63,632 nt of DNA from Candidatus Omnitrophota bacterium (GCA_011620275.1 WOZK01000019.1:1-63632), one strand, 5' to 3'. Shown: positions 47,791 through 57,995, counted from the stretch's first letter. Numbers and translations are program-made. The notes: a model not told the origin generated them from the sequence alone.

Positions 47791-47921
47791 GCCGGTGATA
47801 TATAATATAATAATAATAGTAGTAGCGAATTACGCCGCGTGGACAGCGCTAAGATGACGGAAGATTTCCCCGGCAGTTTTATCATACGCGGAGTTAAAGG
47901 CCTTATTTTAGATAAAGAAGA

Positions 47922-49520
47922 ATGAAAGAAGAATTATTCTGGGATAGAAGGGAATACCTGGATATCCTGACTAAACGTATAAGAGATTTCAAAGAGGGCT
48001 ACAGGCAGAATATAGCGCTGATAGGCTATGAATCCTGCGGAAAGTCCACCCTCATACGGGCTCTTCTGCGTAAATGCCAGGACGGCAGGCTGATCATATT
48101 ATACCTGGAGACCAGGCCGGAAAACTTCGAGGGTTTTGCCAGGCGGTTCATAGGGGCCCTGTTTTATAATTTTCTCTCCGCGGGAGTCGTCCCGGTCAAG
48201 GAAGACATCGATTTCCTCGTCGCGAAGGCCGAGAAATACATCCCGCGCACTTCAGCGGCCGTCAAGAAATTCCTTTCGGAAATAAAAACCAAACGTTCAA
48301 AAAGTTCTTTTTTCTCGCCGCTGCTTGCCCTGCTTGACATTATCACCGAGGAGACCGGGAAATCCTGCGTGGTGGTGCTGGACGAATTCCTTGATCTGGA
48401 GAAGCTGGGTATTCGCAGCCTCTACGAGGAATGGTCGAAAAAGCTGATCATGCAGAAGAAGGTGATGTATATTATAGCCAGCTCCGCCGTTTCCAGGACC
48501 CAAGAGGTGCTCGCCCGGGACCTGTCCCTGCTTTTCGGCAATTTCGAGACGATATCGGTCGAAAACTTCGCTAACGATGTAAGCGAGGCGTTTCTCACGG
48601 AACGCTTCCGCGGCCTGAAACAGGTCGAGAACGGCTGGAAGGGGTTCCTGGTGCATTTTACCGGCGGCTCGCCGTTCTATCTGACCGTCGTAAGCGAGGC
48701 CGTCATCAAGTCTCCGGGAGCGGGGCTGGTCGATATCATGGAAAAACTGATGTGCGAGCCGTGCGGAATACTTTTTCAAAAATATTCCGCAGTCATGCAA
48801 AAGCTTTCCTCCGCGGCCTGCGGGCGTGATTACGTGCAGCTCGCGCATTCGATAGCCGGCGGTCATAACAAGATACGGGACCTGGGGCATCTGCTCGGCA
48901 AAAAGCGCGCGGAATTGAACAACCGCATCGGTTACCTGCTGGATAACGATATAGTTCTGAAGGCAGGTGAATTCCTGCAGTTCACCGACAGGATGTTCGG
49001 TTTCTGGCTTAAGTTCGTCCACCAGGGGAAAAACCTCTCTTTCTCCCCTGACGATAAAACGCAGAAAGAAGAATTCCGCAATCGGCTCAAGGAAGACATC
49101 AGCGCGTTTATCAAGGACACGCGGAAACCCGTGCAGGAACGTGTTACGGAACTGCTCGGACTTTTCCAGGACGACGTGATACAGATCGAGCGCAGGAAGA
49201 TCCGGCTCACGCAGTTTCGCGAAATAAAGCCGCTGGAGTTCGGGGCCGGGGGAGTGAGGGACGGAGTAATAGGGAGGTCGGGGGATGCCTTGTGGATAAT
49301 GGGGTTCAAGAATGAACCGGTCACCGAGGACGACATTACCGCCTTCGCCAAGGAATGCCGCAAGTACAGGAATAAACTCGGCAAAAAGATATTAGTGGCG
49401 CTCCACGATGTGGAAACCAATGCCCGCTTGAGAGCGCTGGAAGAGAAGATCATAACCTGGAACCTCGAGAATATAAACCAGCTTTTTGATATATTCCACC
49501 GGCCCAGAGTGGTGGTTTGA
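47922..49520 (+). CDS. P-loop ATPase (Arch_ATPase-like) with DUF234-like C-terminal region
   Basis: Walker A GYESCGKST, Walker B VVVLDEF, C-terminal DALWIMGFKNEPVTEDDI nuclease-like patch. Confidence 0.6.
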   Translation: MKEELFWDRREYLDILTKRIRDFKEGYRQNIALIGYESCGKSTLIRALLRKCQDGRLIILYLETRPENFEGFARRFIGALFYNFLSAGVVPVKEDIDFLVAKAEKYIPRTSAAVKKFLSEIKTKRSKSSFFSPLLALLDIITEETGKSCVVVLDEFLDLEKLGIRSLYEEWSKKLIMQKKVMYIIASSAVSRTQEVLARDLSLLFGNFETISVENFANDVSEAFLTERFRGLKQVENGWKGFLVHFTGGSPFYLTVVSEAVIKSPGAGLVDIMEKLMCEPCGILFQKYSAVMQKLSSAACGRDYVQLAHSIAGGHNKIRDLGHLLGKKRAELNNRIGYLLDNDIVLKAGEFLQFTDRMFGFWLKFVHQGKNLSFSPDDKTQKEEFRNRLKEDISAFIKDTRKPVQERVTELLGLFQDDVIQIERRKIRLTQFREIKPLEFGAGGVRDGVIGRSGDALWIMGFKNEPVTEDDITAFAKECRKYRNKLGKKILVALHDVETNARLRALEEKIITWNLENINQLFDIFHRPRVVV

Positions 49521-49557
49521 AACGTTTCTCCGGGGGATTCTGCTGCTTGATTAAACT

Positions 49558-50043
49558 ATGAAAATAGCGGTTATTGCCGATACCCATATCATCAGCGGAG
49601 TCGTTCCCCCGGTATTGCTACGGATAGCCGGACAGGCCGATATGATAATACACGCCGGAGACTTGGTGCAGGCGGCTGTCCTTAAGGAACTAAAAAGCGT
49701 GTGCCCGGACGTAAGGGCGGTTTACGGTAATATGGATGGTGAAGAGCTTAAGACAAAACTGTCCGCCAGACTGATCATAGACTTGCCGGGCGGCATTAAG
49801 ATAGGGGTTATGCACGGATGGGGAGCACCTGCCGGGCTGCTGGATATCGTCGAGTCGGAATTTCGGGGTAAGAACGTGCAAGTGGCTGTTTACGGGCATT
49901 CCCATCAGCCTTCCAGGATCGAAAGGAACGGGGTCATCTATTTCAACCCGGGCAGCCCCACCGACAAGGTTTACGCACCATACAATTCTTACGGGCTTAT
50001 CGAGATAAAAAACGGCATCGAAGTTAGGATAGTGCGGATATGA
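49558..50043 (+). CDS. YfcE/MJ0936-family metallophosphoesterase
   Basis: IAVIADTH, HAGD, GNMD, HGW, GHSH. Confidence 0.85.
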   Translation: MKIAVIADTHIISGVVPPVLLRIAGQADMIIHAGDLVQAAVLKELKSVCPDVRAVYGNMDGEELKTKLSARLIIDLPGGIKIGVMHGWGAPAGLLDIVESEFRGKNVQVAVYGHSHQPSRIERNGVIYFNPGSPTDKVYAPYNSYGLIEIKNGIEVRIVRI

Positions 50044-50525
50044 CGGATGTGAAAAAACTCTGGGCTCCCTGGAGGGCGGCGTATTTACGGCCTGCCGCCG
50101 GGCGGCGAAAGACGCGAGGATGTATTTTTTGCGCCGCGGTGAATGACCCCCGGGCGAACATGGTATTTGCCTCCAACAAAAAGGCTTTCGCCGTGCTGAA
50201 CATCTATCCTTACAACAACGGTCATGTAATGGTGGCTCCGCGCAGGCACGTGGCGGACATCGGCGGTTTAAGCGTTGAAGAAGCGGACGGCCTTTTTTCC
50301 CTGCTCAGGAATGTCCGGCTGCTGCTGAAGACAAAACTGGGGCCGGAGGGGCTCAATATCGGAATAAACGAAGGCAGGGCCGCCGGAGCAGGTATACCCG
50401 GGCACCTGCACATACACGTCGTGCCGCGCTGGGTCGGAGACACCAATTTTATGCCGGCTACCTCCGGAACCAAGGTCATTCCCCAATCCCTTCAAGAACT
50501 GCTTGAATTATTGAAAAAGAAATGA
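50040..50525 (+). CDS. HIT-family nucleotide hydrolase/transferase
   Basis: CIFC, NIYPYNNGHVMV, histidine triad GHLHIHVVPR. Confidence 0.88.
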   Translation: MTDVKKLWAPWRAAYLRPAAGRRKTRGCIFCAAVNDPRANMVFASNKKAFAVLNIYPYNNGHVMVAPRRHVADIGGLSVEEADGLFSLLRNVRLLLKTKLGPEGLNIGINEGRAAGAGIPGHLHIHVVPRWVGDTNFMPATSGTKVIPQSLQELLELLKKK

Positions 50526-50532
50526 GGGTTGT

Positions 50533-51666
50533 TTGAATAAAAAAGGAACCGAAGATATACTGCTCGCCCCTTACGCTATGAAAAGCCGCCGTAGCAGAGG
50601 GCGCGTGCACAAGGAAGCCGAGCATCCTTACCGTTCCTCCTACCAGCGCGACAGGGACAGGATAGTGCATTCTGCCGCATTCAGACGCCTGGAATATAAA
50701 ACCCAGGTTTTCGTCATACACGAGAGCGATTATTACCGCACCCGGCTGACGCACAGTATAGAAGTTTCCCAGATAGCGCGCACCATCGCCAGAGCATTGC
50801 GGCTGAACCAGGATTTGGTGGAAGCTATAGCTCTTGCCCATGACCTTGGGCATACCCCTTTCGGTCATGCCGGGGAAGAGGCCCTGGACGGTTTGATGTC
50901 CGATGAAGGGGGATTCAACCATAACCGGCACGGTCTGCGTGTGGTAGACCAGCTGGAGGACAAATATCCTGACTTTCCGGGACTGAACCTCACATACGAG
51001 GTCAGGGAAGGCATAATCAGACATTCCACGGAGTTCGACAAAACGGAGAAAGTGGCGGGGTTCCCGGATAACGAGACGCCCTCTCTGGAAACGCAGGTAG
51101 TGGATATCGCCGACGAGATAGCCTACGACAATCACGATCTCGACGACGGCCTCGCTTCCGGGCTGCTAAACGAGGAAGAGCTTGAAAAATTGCCGATATG
51201 GGATAAAATATCATCGGGTATCGGCGGAAGGGCGGACGGCCAGAAGCGCAAATACCTCGTGATAAGATCTCTGATCAATATGCAGGTTACCGATTTGATT
51301 GAAGCGACCCGGAAGCGCATTGACGGTATGAGCCTGAAGAGCGAGCGCGACGTGCGCAGCGCGGGGGAAAAAGCCGTGGTTTTCAGCCCGGCCATGCTGA
51401 AATTAAGGCGGCCCCTGAGGGGATTCTTGATGGATAACCTTTACCATCACTACAGGGTGATGCGTATGAGCAACAAGGCGCGGCGCTTCATAACCGAGAT
51501 TTTTCATCTTTACACGGAGTCTCCGGCGCAGCTGCCGCCGGCTGAACAGGGAAAAATAAGCGTTTACGGCAAAAAACAGGTCGTCTGCGATTACATCGCG
51601 GGAATGACCGACAGGTACGCTCTTGATGAATACAAAAAGCTATTTGACCCCTACGAAAAAGTATAA
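50533..51666 (+). CDS. dGTP triphosphohydrolase-like HD protein
   Basis: TTG start; LAPYA..SRGR, YQRDRDRIVHSAAFRRLEYKTQVF, RTRLTHSIEVSQIAR, AHDLGHTPFGH. Confidence 0.88.
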   Translation: MNKKGTEDILLAPYAMKSRRSRGRVHKEAEHPYRSSYQRDRDRIVHSAAFRRLEYKTQVFVIHESDYYRTRLTHSIEVSQIARTIARALRLNQDLVEAIALAHDLGHTPFGHAGEEALDGLMSDEGGFNHNRHGLRVVDQLEDKYPDFPGLNLTYEVREGIIRHSTEFDKTEKVAGFPDNETPSLETQVVDIADEIAYDNHDLDDGLASGLLNEEELEKLPIWDKISSGIGGRADGQKRKYLVIRSLINMQVTDLIEATRKRIDGMSLKSERDVRSAGEKAVVFSPAMLKLRRPLRGFLMDNLYHHYRVMRMSNKARRFITEIFHLYTESPAQLPPAEQGKISVYGKKQVVCDYIAGMTDRYALDEYKKLFDPYEKV

Positions 51667-51673
51667 GATCCTG

Positions 51674-52693
51674 ATGTCGTCGATCCACAGCATTTACCGG
51701 CTGGTGAATTCGACGTACGAGCAGAAAGAGCTGATCATAAGGTTGAGCAGGCTTATCTGCCAGATCTTCAATTCCCGATATTGCCTGATCATACTCCTTG
51801 ATCCCAGCAAGAAAAACTCCATCTTCAAGTGTCTCGCCAGCGAGCGCAAGAAATACATTCACGACAAAAAAATAAAGATAACCAATCCGCTGGAGAAAAG
51901 AATAATACGCAAGTCCTCCTCCGTGCGCAGAGGATGGCTTCTGGCGATACCGCTGATAGGCGACGATCTCCTGGGTCTGATGATAATCAAGCGTTACCGC
52001 AACGACGTCCCCTTCGACAACTTCGACCAGGATATGCTTTCGACGGTGGCGGAGCAGGCGGTGATAGGCATACGCAATCTTCAGCTTTACGAGGAGCAGC
52101 AAAAGGTGGTGTTCGGGAGCATAAAGTCCCTGGTCACTTTACTCGATATGCGTGTACCGCAGGAATACACGCATTCCCGTAATTTCAGCCGGTTGGTGAT
52201 CGCCATAGCCGAACAGATGCATCTGGACGATAAACAGATAGAGAGTCTTAAATACGCCAGCCTTCTGCACGATACCGGCAAGATAGATATACCTCCGGAG
52301 ATACTTACCAAGACAACCAAACTTACGGCCCGTGAGCTTACCATAATAAAGAACCACCCGTTGAAAGGGGCGCAAATATTGCGCCCGCTGCAGATACTCA
52401 AACCCGCGGTTCCCATCATTATGCATCACCACGAGAAATACAACGGCACCGGTTATCCTTCGCGCCTGAAAAAAGGGCAGATCCCCCTGGGCGCCAGGAT
52501 CATGGCGGTCGCAGACGCCTTTGAGGCCATGGTTTACGGCAGGCCTTACCGGGAAAGAAAGGATATCAATTCCGCCATCCGGGAAATAAAGAGCAAGAGC
52601 GGTTCGCAGTTCGATCCCAAGGTGGTGGACGCGTTCCTGAAAATAGCGAAAAATTTCAAAGCAAAAAAATACTTGCAAAGCGCGAAACAATAA
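51674..52693 (+). CDS. GAF-domain HD-GYP phosphodiesterase (c-di-GMP)
   Basis: ATG 51674 after stop 51666; GAF-like N-half; ASLLHDTGKIDIP, HHEKYNGTGYP. Confidence 0.85.
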   Translation: MSSIHSIYRLVNSTYEQKELIIRLSRLICQIFNSRYCLIILLDPSKKNSIFKCLASERKKYIHDKKIKITNPLEKRIIRKSSSVRRGWLLAIPLIGDDLLGLMIIKRYRNDVPFDNFDQDMLSTVAEQAVIGIRNLQLYEEQQKVVFGSIKSLVTLLDMRVPQEYTHSRNFSRLVIAIAEQMHLDDKQIESLKYASLLHDTGKIDIPPEILTKTTKLTARELTIIKNHPLKGAQILRPLQILKPAVPIIMHHHEKYNGTGYPSRLKKGQIPLGARIMAVADAFEAMVYGRPYRERKDINSAIREIKSKSGSQFDPKVVDAFLKIAKNFKAKKYLQSAKQ

Positions 52694-52797
52694 ATATATA
52701 ATATTTGTTTAACATTCCAGCATATTCCGGCAGCGCGCAAGAGCAGTTCCCCGACCAGGCGTGACCGGGATTCCGCGTCCGGAGATAACGGAAAGAT

Positions 52798-53394
52798 ATG
52801 GAAAAAGAACAACTCGAACTGTTTTCCGGATCCGAGAACAACGGCGGCGGAAGCGGTGGCGCAACGAAAGTCTCCGGAGCGTTTCTGCAATACCTGCGCG
52901 CTTATGAGAAGACAATTCTGATTATAATACTCCTGCTTGCGGTGTCCGTGCTTTCTTTCATCGCGGGGGTGGAAAAAGGCAAAAATTCGGTGTTGAAACA
53001 TCTGGCAGCTCTGAGGCAGCAGCAGGAAACTGCTGCTCCGGCGCAGCCCCAGCCGGCCCGGCAGGCGCTTCCAGCGGCACAATCGCGGCCTACAGCGGCG
53101 CTTCAGCGACCCGCACAACAGCCGACGGCAGTGGTATCACAGCAAGCCGCTCAGGCGGCTCCGGCGCCCAGGATAACCGGTAAATATACCGTTCAACTGG
53201 CGAGTTATAAATCAAAAGAGCAGGCGTTAAAAGAGGCCCAGGCCCTGCAAAAACGCGGACTTGCTCCGGCCGTCATTTACCTGCGGCCTTATTACGTGCT
53301 TTGCTCGGGTAGTTTCCAGGAAAGCCGTACCGCCGAATTATGGCGACTGAAATTTAAAAAACAATATCGCGATTGTTATGTAAGGAGGTTGTAA
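52798..53394 (+). CDS. SPOR-domain membrane protein
   Basis: One TM helix, Q/A/P-rich linker, C-terminal YTVQLASYKSKEQALKEAQALQKRG..YYVLCSGSF. Confidence 0.75.
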   Translation: MEKEQLELFSGSENNGGGSGGATKVSGAFLQYLRAYEKTILIIILLLAVSVLSFIAGVEKGKNSVLKHLAALRQQQETAAPAQPQPARQALPAAQSRPTAALQRPAQQPTAVVSQQAAQAAPAPRITGKYTVQLASYKSKEQALKEAQALQKRGLAPAVIYLRPYYVLCSGSFQESRTAELWRLKFKKQYRDCYVRRL

Positions 53395-53395
53395 A

Positions 53396-53641
53396 ATGTC
53401 GATTCACCCGTCGTTGAGATCAGCCGGTCAGGATTCCAAACAGCGTTCTGTATTGAAGAGAACTGAGCGCCTGAAGTTAATGCTTTCCAAAAACCAGTGG
53501 AAAGAGGGCGACCGAGTTTGCGGTCTTCCCAAGATGAAGACCGTGAAGATCAGGATTAAGAAAGAAAAGACCGCCAAGGCAGCGGATGGAACCGCGGCCG
53601 CAGCCGCCCCGGCCGCCGGCAAAACGGCCGAAAAGAAATAA
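53396..53641 (+). CDS. small basic protein
   Basis: MSIHPSLRS..KQRSVLKRTERL..GLPKMK pattern. As I recall it resembles the 'small basic protein' family seen mostly in PVC-group and spirochaete genomes. Confidence 0.55.
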   Translation: MSIHPSLRSAGQDSKQRSVLKRTERLKLMLSKNQWKEGDRVCGLPKMKTVKIRIKKEKTAKAADGTAAAAAPAAGKTAEKK

Positions 53642-53654
53642 AGGAGCTGTTTTT

Positions 53655-54647
53655 ATGCGGCATAATCCGCGTTTACTCAATACACAGAAATTCCCGGGTT
53701 TTCAGCCGGATGGCGTGCATTGCGTTCGCGCGCGCGAGACACACGTTTGCGTATCCGGTGTGGTAAGCTTTATCCGGGTTTTATCCCGGGTAGATTTCGT
53801 TCTGGCGGGAATTCGCGCAGTCGTCTTTGGCGCGCTGCTTTTATCCGTTTCTTACGCCCAGGAAGAGGAAACGTTCCCTTTTGCCGGGGAAGTTACGGCG
53901 GCGGATATAAACCTCCGTGTCGATTCGACCACAAGCTCGGAAGTTATCTGCAGGATGGATAAAGGCGCCGCGGTAGAGGTTCTTTCCGGGCAATACGATT
54001 GGTATAAGGTGCGCCTGCCGGATACCGCCCCCAGCTATATAAGGGCAGATATGGTCTCGGCGGTCGAAGTAAAGAGCGCGAATTTCACCCCTCAGGAACA
54101 GACCGGAGCGAGGTTCAACACGATCAAGGTCGAACGCGACCGCGTGAACGTCAGGCTCCGGCCGGATGAGTCCTCTCCCATAATCGGGCGCGTTTCGAAA
54201 AATGAAGTTTTGAATTTCACCGGTATGGAGAACAATTGGTACCGCATCAAACCGGTGTCCGGCAGTTACGGCTGGATACACGCTGATTTCGTCCGCAAGG
54301 CCCCGTTTAAGGCGCCGGCGAAGGAACAGGGGACACAATCTGCCGGGGTCCTGCCCGTTACGGAAGGCGAGGCGAAACCTGAAAATGCTGCCGTCCAGGC
54401 AGGCGAAGACAAACAGATTCCCGGCCTTAGCGTGTATGAAGGCGTCATCAAACCTTACGGGATGGTTTTTAAACGCCCCGCAACCCACAAGCTGGTGGCT
54501 TTCGATAAAAAAATATTCCTTTTGAAAGGGGACAAGCAGACCCTCAACGCTCTGGTGAACCGCAAAGCCCGGGTGAGCGGAAAACCCGTTTCTTCCTGCA
54601 TGGGACTGCCGGTGGTGGAAGTATTCAAGATAGAGGCTGTGGAGTGA
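53655..54647 (+). CDS. membrane-anchored tandem SH3b-domain protein
   Basis: AAGGAG 53641-46 before ATG 53655; TM helix; two SH3b units (INLRVDSTTSSEVICRMDKGAAVEVL..WYKVRLP and VNVRLRPDESSPIIGRV..WYRIKP..GWIHADFV). Confidence 0.75.
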   Translation: MRHNPRLLNTQKFPGFQPDGVHCVRARETHVCVSGVVSFIRVLSRVDFVLAGIRAVVFGALLLSVSYAQEEETFPFAGEVTAADINLRVDSTTSSEVICRMDKGAAVEVLSGQYDWYKVRLPDTAPSYIRADMVSAVEVKSANFTPQEQTGARFNTIKVERDRVNVRLRPDESSPIIGRVSKNEVLNFTGMENNWYRIKPVSGSYGWIHADFVRKAPFKAPAKEQGTQSAGVLPVTEGEAKPENAAVQAGEDKQIPGLSVYEGVIKPYGMVFKRPATHKLVAFDKKIFLLKGDKQTLNALVNRKARVSGKPVSSCMGLPVVEVFKIEAVE

Positions 54648-55252
54648 ACCTGCCGGCATTGATTCTTTCTTTCTCGCTCTTGCTGGTCGCGATGACTCTG
54701 CATGAATTCGCGCACGCCTGGACGGCTTATAAATTCGGTGACCAGACCGCCAGGCTTTCCGGAAGGTTAACGCTCAATCCTTTGGCCCATATCGATCCGG
54801 TAGGCACCGTGATAATCCCGCTGTTATTTTTCTTCAGCACCGGGGGGCGCTTCGTCTTCGGCGCCGCTAAACCGGTGCCGATCGATTACGGAATGCTTAA
54901 GAATCCGGCCAGGGACGTAATATTTATCGGCGCCAGCGGCCCGTTGGTGAACATAGCGGCTGCCTGCGCCAGCGCGGCCGTTATCAGGGTTCTTCCGCAG
55001 GGATCGCTTCTCAGCCTGCTGTCGGCGCATTTCCTGCTGATCAATCTGGTCCTGGGGATATTCAATCTTATTCCGCTTCCCCCGCTGGACGGTTCTCGTG
55101 TGTTAGCCGGATTTCTGCCGCCGGCCGCGGCTGCCGGATACGCGAAAATAGAGCCTTACGGTTTTATCATAATAATACTTCTTTCCATGGCCGGGGCGTT
55201 TGATTACGTCATCTGGCCGCTGGTAAGGTTTATTGCGGGTCTTCTGATATGA
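54644..55252 (+). CDS. site-2 protease family (M50) metalloprotease
   Basis: LHEFAHAW HExxH in the first TM region, NLIPLPPLDG. Confidence 0.85.
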   Translation: MNLPALILSFSLLLVAMTLHEFAHAWTAYKFGDQTARLSGRLTLNPLAHIDPVGTVIIPLLFFFSTGGRFVFGAAKPVPIDYGMLKNPARDVIFIGASGPLVNIAAACASAAVIRVLPQGSLLSLLSAHFLLINLVLGIFNLIPLPPLDGSRVLAGFLPPAAAAGYAKIEPYGFIIIILLSMAGAFDYVIWPLVRFIAGLLI

Positions 55253-56340
55253 AAAGCATAAAGGTGCATTTGGGGGGAGAAAGGAGCTATCCGATTATCG
55301 TGGGCAGAGGAACGATCTGCTCTTTAAACCGGCATTTGCGGGTCTCCGTTGCCGGCGACCTGGCTTGTATCGTCGCCAACGCTAAGGTGCGGCGTTTGTG
55401 GGGCAGGACGCTGTCGAACGGCCTGAAAAAAGCCGGTTGCCGTTTTTATTTCCATACCATCCCGGACAGCGAACTGGGAAAGTCCTGGCCCAACGCGGAG
55501 AAAATAGTCAACGGGCTGTCCGGATGGGCCGGAAAAGGCAGGATATTCGTGATTGCCTTGGGCGGCGGAGTGACCGGTGACGTCGCGGGATTCGCCGCTT
55601 CGGTGTTTAAACGAGGAGTGCCTTTAATACAGATACCCACGACTCTACTTGCCCAGGTGGATTCGGCGATAGGAGGAAAGAACGGGGTAGATTTGAAGAC
55701 CGGTAAGAACCTGGCCGGCACTTTTTATCAACCGAAGTTGGTGCTGAGCGACACGGACTTTCTCTCCACTCTTGACCGGAGGCAGATAAATTCCGGGATG
55801 GCGGAGGTAATCAAGTACGGATTCATCTCCGACTCAAGCCTGCTGAATTTTTTAGAGGTTGGCCGTGAGAAGATCGTTAAGCGCAGTCCGAAGGCAATGG
55901 AATTTATCGTCTCGCGCTGTTCTTCTATAAAGGCTCGGTATGTGGAAAGGGATGAATTCGATACCGGAGAGATACGCATGGCCTTGAATTTTGGGCACAC
56001 TTTCGGCCACGCCCTGGAGGCGGCCGCCGGTTTCCGGCGCTACAGCCACGGGGAGGCGGTAGGCTGGGGGATGTTGTGCGCTTTGCGGCTAAGCGAAAGG
56101 CTCGGAATACTCAAGGACAAAAACGCCTTGACGCGTCTGGAAAGGCTTTTGCGGGCTTATGGCCTGCCCCTGAAAGCGCGGGGAATAGATGCCGGCCGTC
56201 TGCTCTCAGCTTTCGGCAGGGACAAGAAATTCGTAGGCGGAATGAATCGGGTGGTCCTGCTTGAGAAGCCAGGCAGGGTGAAAATAACAAGAGATGTCCG
56301 TTTGAGCTTTATAAAGGAAGTTTTGAAGAAAAACTCTTAG
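55249..56340 (+). CDS. aroB: 3-dehydroquinate synthase
   Basis: ALGGGVTGDVAGFAAS, IQIPTTLLAQVDSAIGGKNGV, EVIKYG, GHTFGHALE. Confidence 0.93.
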   Translation: MKSIKVHLGGERSYPIIVGRGTICSLNRHLRVSVAGDLACIVANAKVRRLWGRTLSNGLKKAGCRFYFHTIPDSELGKSWPNAEKIVNGLSGWAGKGRIFVIALGGGVTGDVAGFAASVFKRGVPLIQIPTTLLAQVDSAIGGKNGVDLKTGKNLAGTFYQPKLVLSDTDFLSTLDRRQINSGMAEVIKYGFISDSSLLNFLEVGREKIVKRSPKAMEFIVSRCSSIKARYVERDEFDTGEIRMALNFGHTFGHALEAAAGFRRYSHGEAVGWGMLCALRLSERLGILKDKNALTRLERLLRAYGLPLKARGIDAGRLLSAFGRDKKFVGGMNRVVLLEKPGRVKITRDVRLSFIKEVLKKNS

Positions 56341-56417
56341 TGTCCACTGATTGTCCGCTATTCGCGAAAGATTAATTAGAGAACTTTCGATCCCCCTTGC
56401 TCGGAAATCCTCGGCTT

Positions 56418-56939
56418 TTAATTCTCCTCGGAAGTAATGCGCAGCGTCCTGCCGGAGAATTCTAATTCCACGCTATTGGCCGATATCTTTATTACCTCTG
56501 CCCCTTTGATCTCGTCTCCGGCCTTTACTATTTGATTGTTTATTATGGCGAATTGCTCTCCGTCGGAAAGTAATGTCCCGTTTAATATCAGCAGAGGAGG
56601 TTCGGCGGCCGCTTTCTCTTTGTCTTCTGCGGCATCGTTATCCGCGCTTCCGGGCGCGCCGGAAAGCGCGGAGAGATTATTCGCGGCGGTATCGGCTGGA
56701 GGGGCAATCTGCGCAGGAGCGGAGACGGCGGTTTTTGATACCGTCGGCGGCGCGGCCGGAGGCAGCGGCGCCCGGCTGCCGGAAGAAGCGAAGTCGAAGA
56801 ACAATTTCGCCGCCAGCATACCGGCAAAAGCTACGAGCAGGTAGAGAGTTCGTTTGTGAAAGATTTGCTGTCCGGCCGGCGGCGCGGACTTTGCGTCTGC
56901 AGCGGTCTTACGGTTCTCTGTAGTGGTGTCATTCTCCAT
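56418..56939 (-). CDS. hypothetical membrane-anchored protein
   Basis: Only long ORF in this interval; one TM helix (LYLLVAFAGMLAAKLFF), A/P-rich linker, C-terminal beta-rich LILNGTLLSDGEQFAIINNQIVKAGDEIKG segment. Confidence 0.45.
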   Translation of the reverse strand: MENDTTTENRKTAADAKSAPPAGQQIFHKRTLYLLVAFAGMLAAKLFFDFASSGSRAPLPPAAPPTVSKTAVSAPAQIAPPADTAANNLSALSGAPGSADNDAAEDKEKAAAEPPLLILNGTLLSDGEQFAIINNQIVKAGDEIKGAEVIKISANSVELEFSGRTLRITSEEN

Positions 56940-57017
56940 GATTCACCCCTTTTTGGCGGGGCCGCGCCCGTAAAAACCGCGGCCGAATTTGTTTTTCGTA
57001 TTTTGTAATATTTTATA

Positions 57018-57045
57018 TTGAAAAAAGCATAAAATCCAGTATAAT
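57018..57045 (+). promoter_or_regulatory. near-consensus sigma70 promoter for the PilZ operon
   Basis: TTGAAA 57018-57023, 16-nt spacer, TATAAT 57040-57045. Confidence 0.5.
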
Positions 57046-57096
57046 TATTTACGATGAAAACATGCGTTCATCCACTTAACCATCGCCTAAGGCGCA

Positions 57097-57441
57097 ATGC
57101 AAAATAATAAGCGGAGATTACGCAGATACAATCTTGAGGTCCCTGTAAAGTATTACGTCCGGGGTAATCAGGCCGCTTCAGGCATGGTTACCAGCGACAA
57201 TATCAGCGCCGGCGGAGTCGGCATCACCGGGAACACTTTCATACCGCCTGCCACCAACCTGATGATACAATTCATGCTGGCGAAAAGATGCGTTTGCTCC
57301 ATAGGCAAAGTGGCGTGGGTAAATATTTCATCACGCTCCAGCCGGTACAGGATGGGCGTGGAATTTCTCGAGATGAACCCGCTGGACAGGAAATATCTAA
57401 AAACATATTTATCCGTCGGCAATTCGCCGGAGGAGCAGTAA
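57097..57441 (+). CDS. PilZ-domain protein
   Basis: RRLRRYNL (RxxxR) and DNISAGGVGI (D/NxSxxG) c-di-GMP binding motifs. Confidence 0.8.
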   Translation: MQNNKRRLRRYNLEVPVKYYVRGNQAASGMVTSDNISAGGVGITGNTFIPPATNLMIQFMLAKRCVCSIGKVAWVNISSRSSRYRMGVEFLEMNPLDRKYLKTYLSVGNSPEEQ

Positions 57442-57462
57442 AGAACGAGAAAGGAAAAAACC

Positions 57463-57627
57463 ATGACTGCGGAGACGGCAGCGGAAGAAAAACAGACAAA
57501 CTGTCTGGGGTGTAATAAACCCCTCAAGAAGATCAAAATATATTACCGGGACGGCAAGTATTATTGCGATAAGAAATGCTGGAAAAAGGCGAAAACCGCT
57601 CCCGCTTCCGGAGAAGGGCGGAAATAA
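57463..57627 (+). CDS. 54-aa zinc-ribbon mini-protein
   Basis: Not in the ORF track. My translation: MTAETAAEEKQTNCLGCNKPLKKIKIYYRDGKYYCDKKCWKKAKTAPASGEGRK (CxxC..CxxxC). GGAAAAAA-rich RBS region; the stop overlaps the next ATG (TAATG). Confidence 0.5.
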   Translation: MTAETAAEEKQTNCLGCNKPLKKIKIYYRDGKYYCDKKCWKKAKTAPASGEGRK

Positions 57628-57983
57628 TGGCCGACATTAATTATAGCGACAGGCGTCTTCATCCCCGGCTGGACCTCGGTATGCCCATAAACGTGATGGC
57701 GGACGGTTACGACTTTATGAGCACTACCAGGAACATCAGCTGTCTGGGAGCTTATTGCCATATCGGTAAATACGTCCCGCCTTTTACGAAATTGAACATA
57801 AAACTGCGTCTGCCCGTAAAGCCCAACGCCTCCAGAAAGGTCGAGGTGGCATGCAAAGGGGTGGTGGTGAGGACAGAGGATGACCCCGCCGGAGGTTTCA
57901 ACATTGCCGTATTTTTCAACGATATAAAACCGGCGCAGCAGCACAGTATCGCGGAATACATCAACCGGTTCCTTCCCCATTGA
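57627..57983 (+). CDS. PilZ-domain protein
   Basis: ATG 57627; RRLHPRLDL and TRNISCLGAY motifs. Confidence 0.75.
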   Translation: MADINYSDRRLHPRLDLGMPINVMADGYDFMSTTRNISCLGAYCHIGKYVPPFTKLNIKLRLPVKPNASRKVEVACKGVVVRTEDDPAGGFNIAVFFNDIKPAQQHSIAEYINRFLPH

Positions 57984-57995
57984 CCCGCGCCCCTT

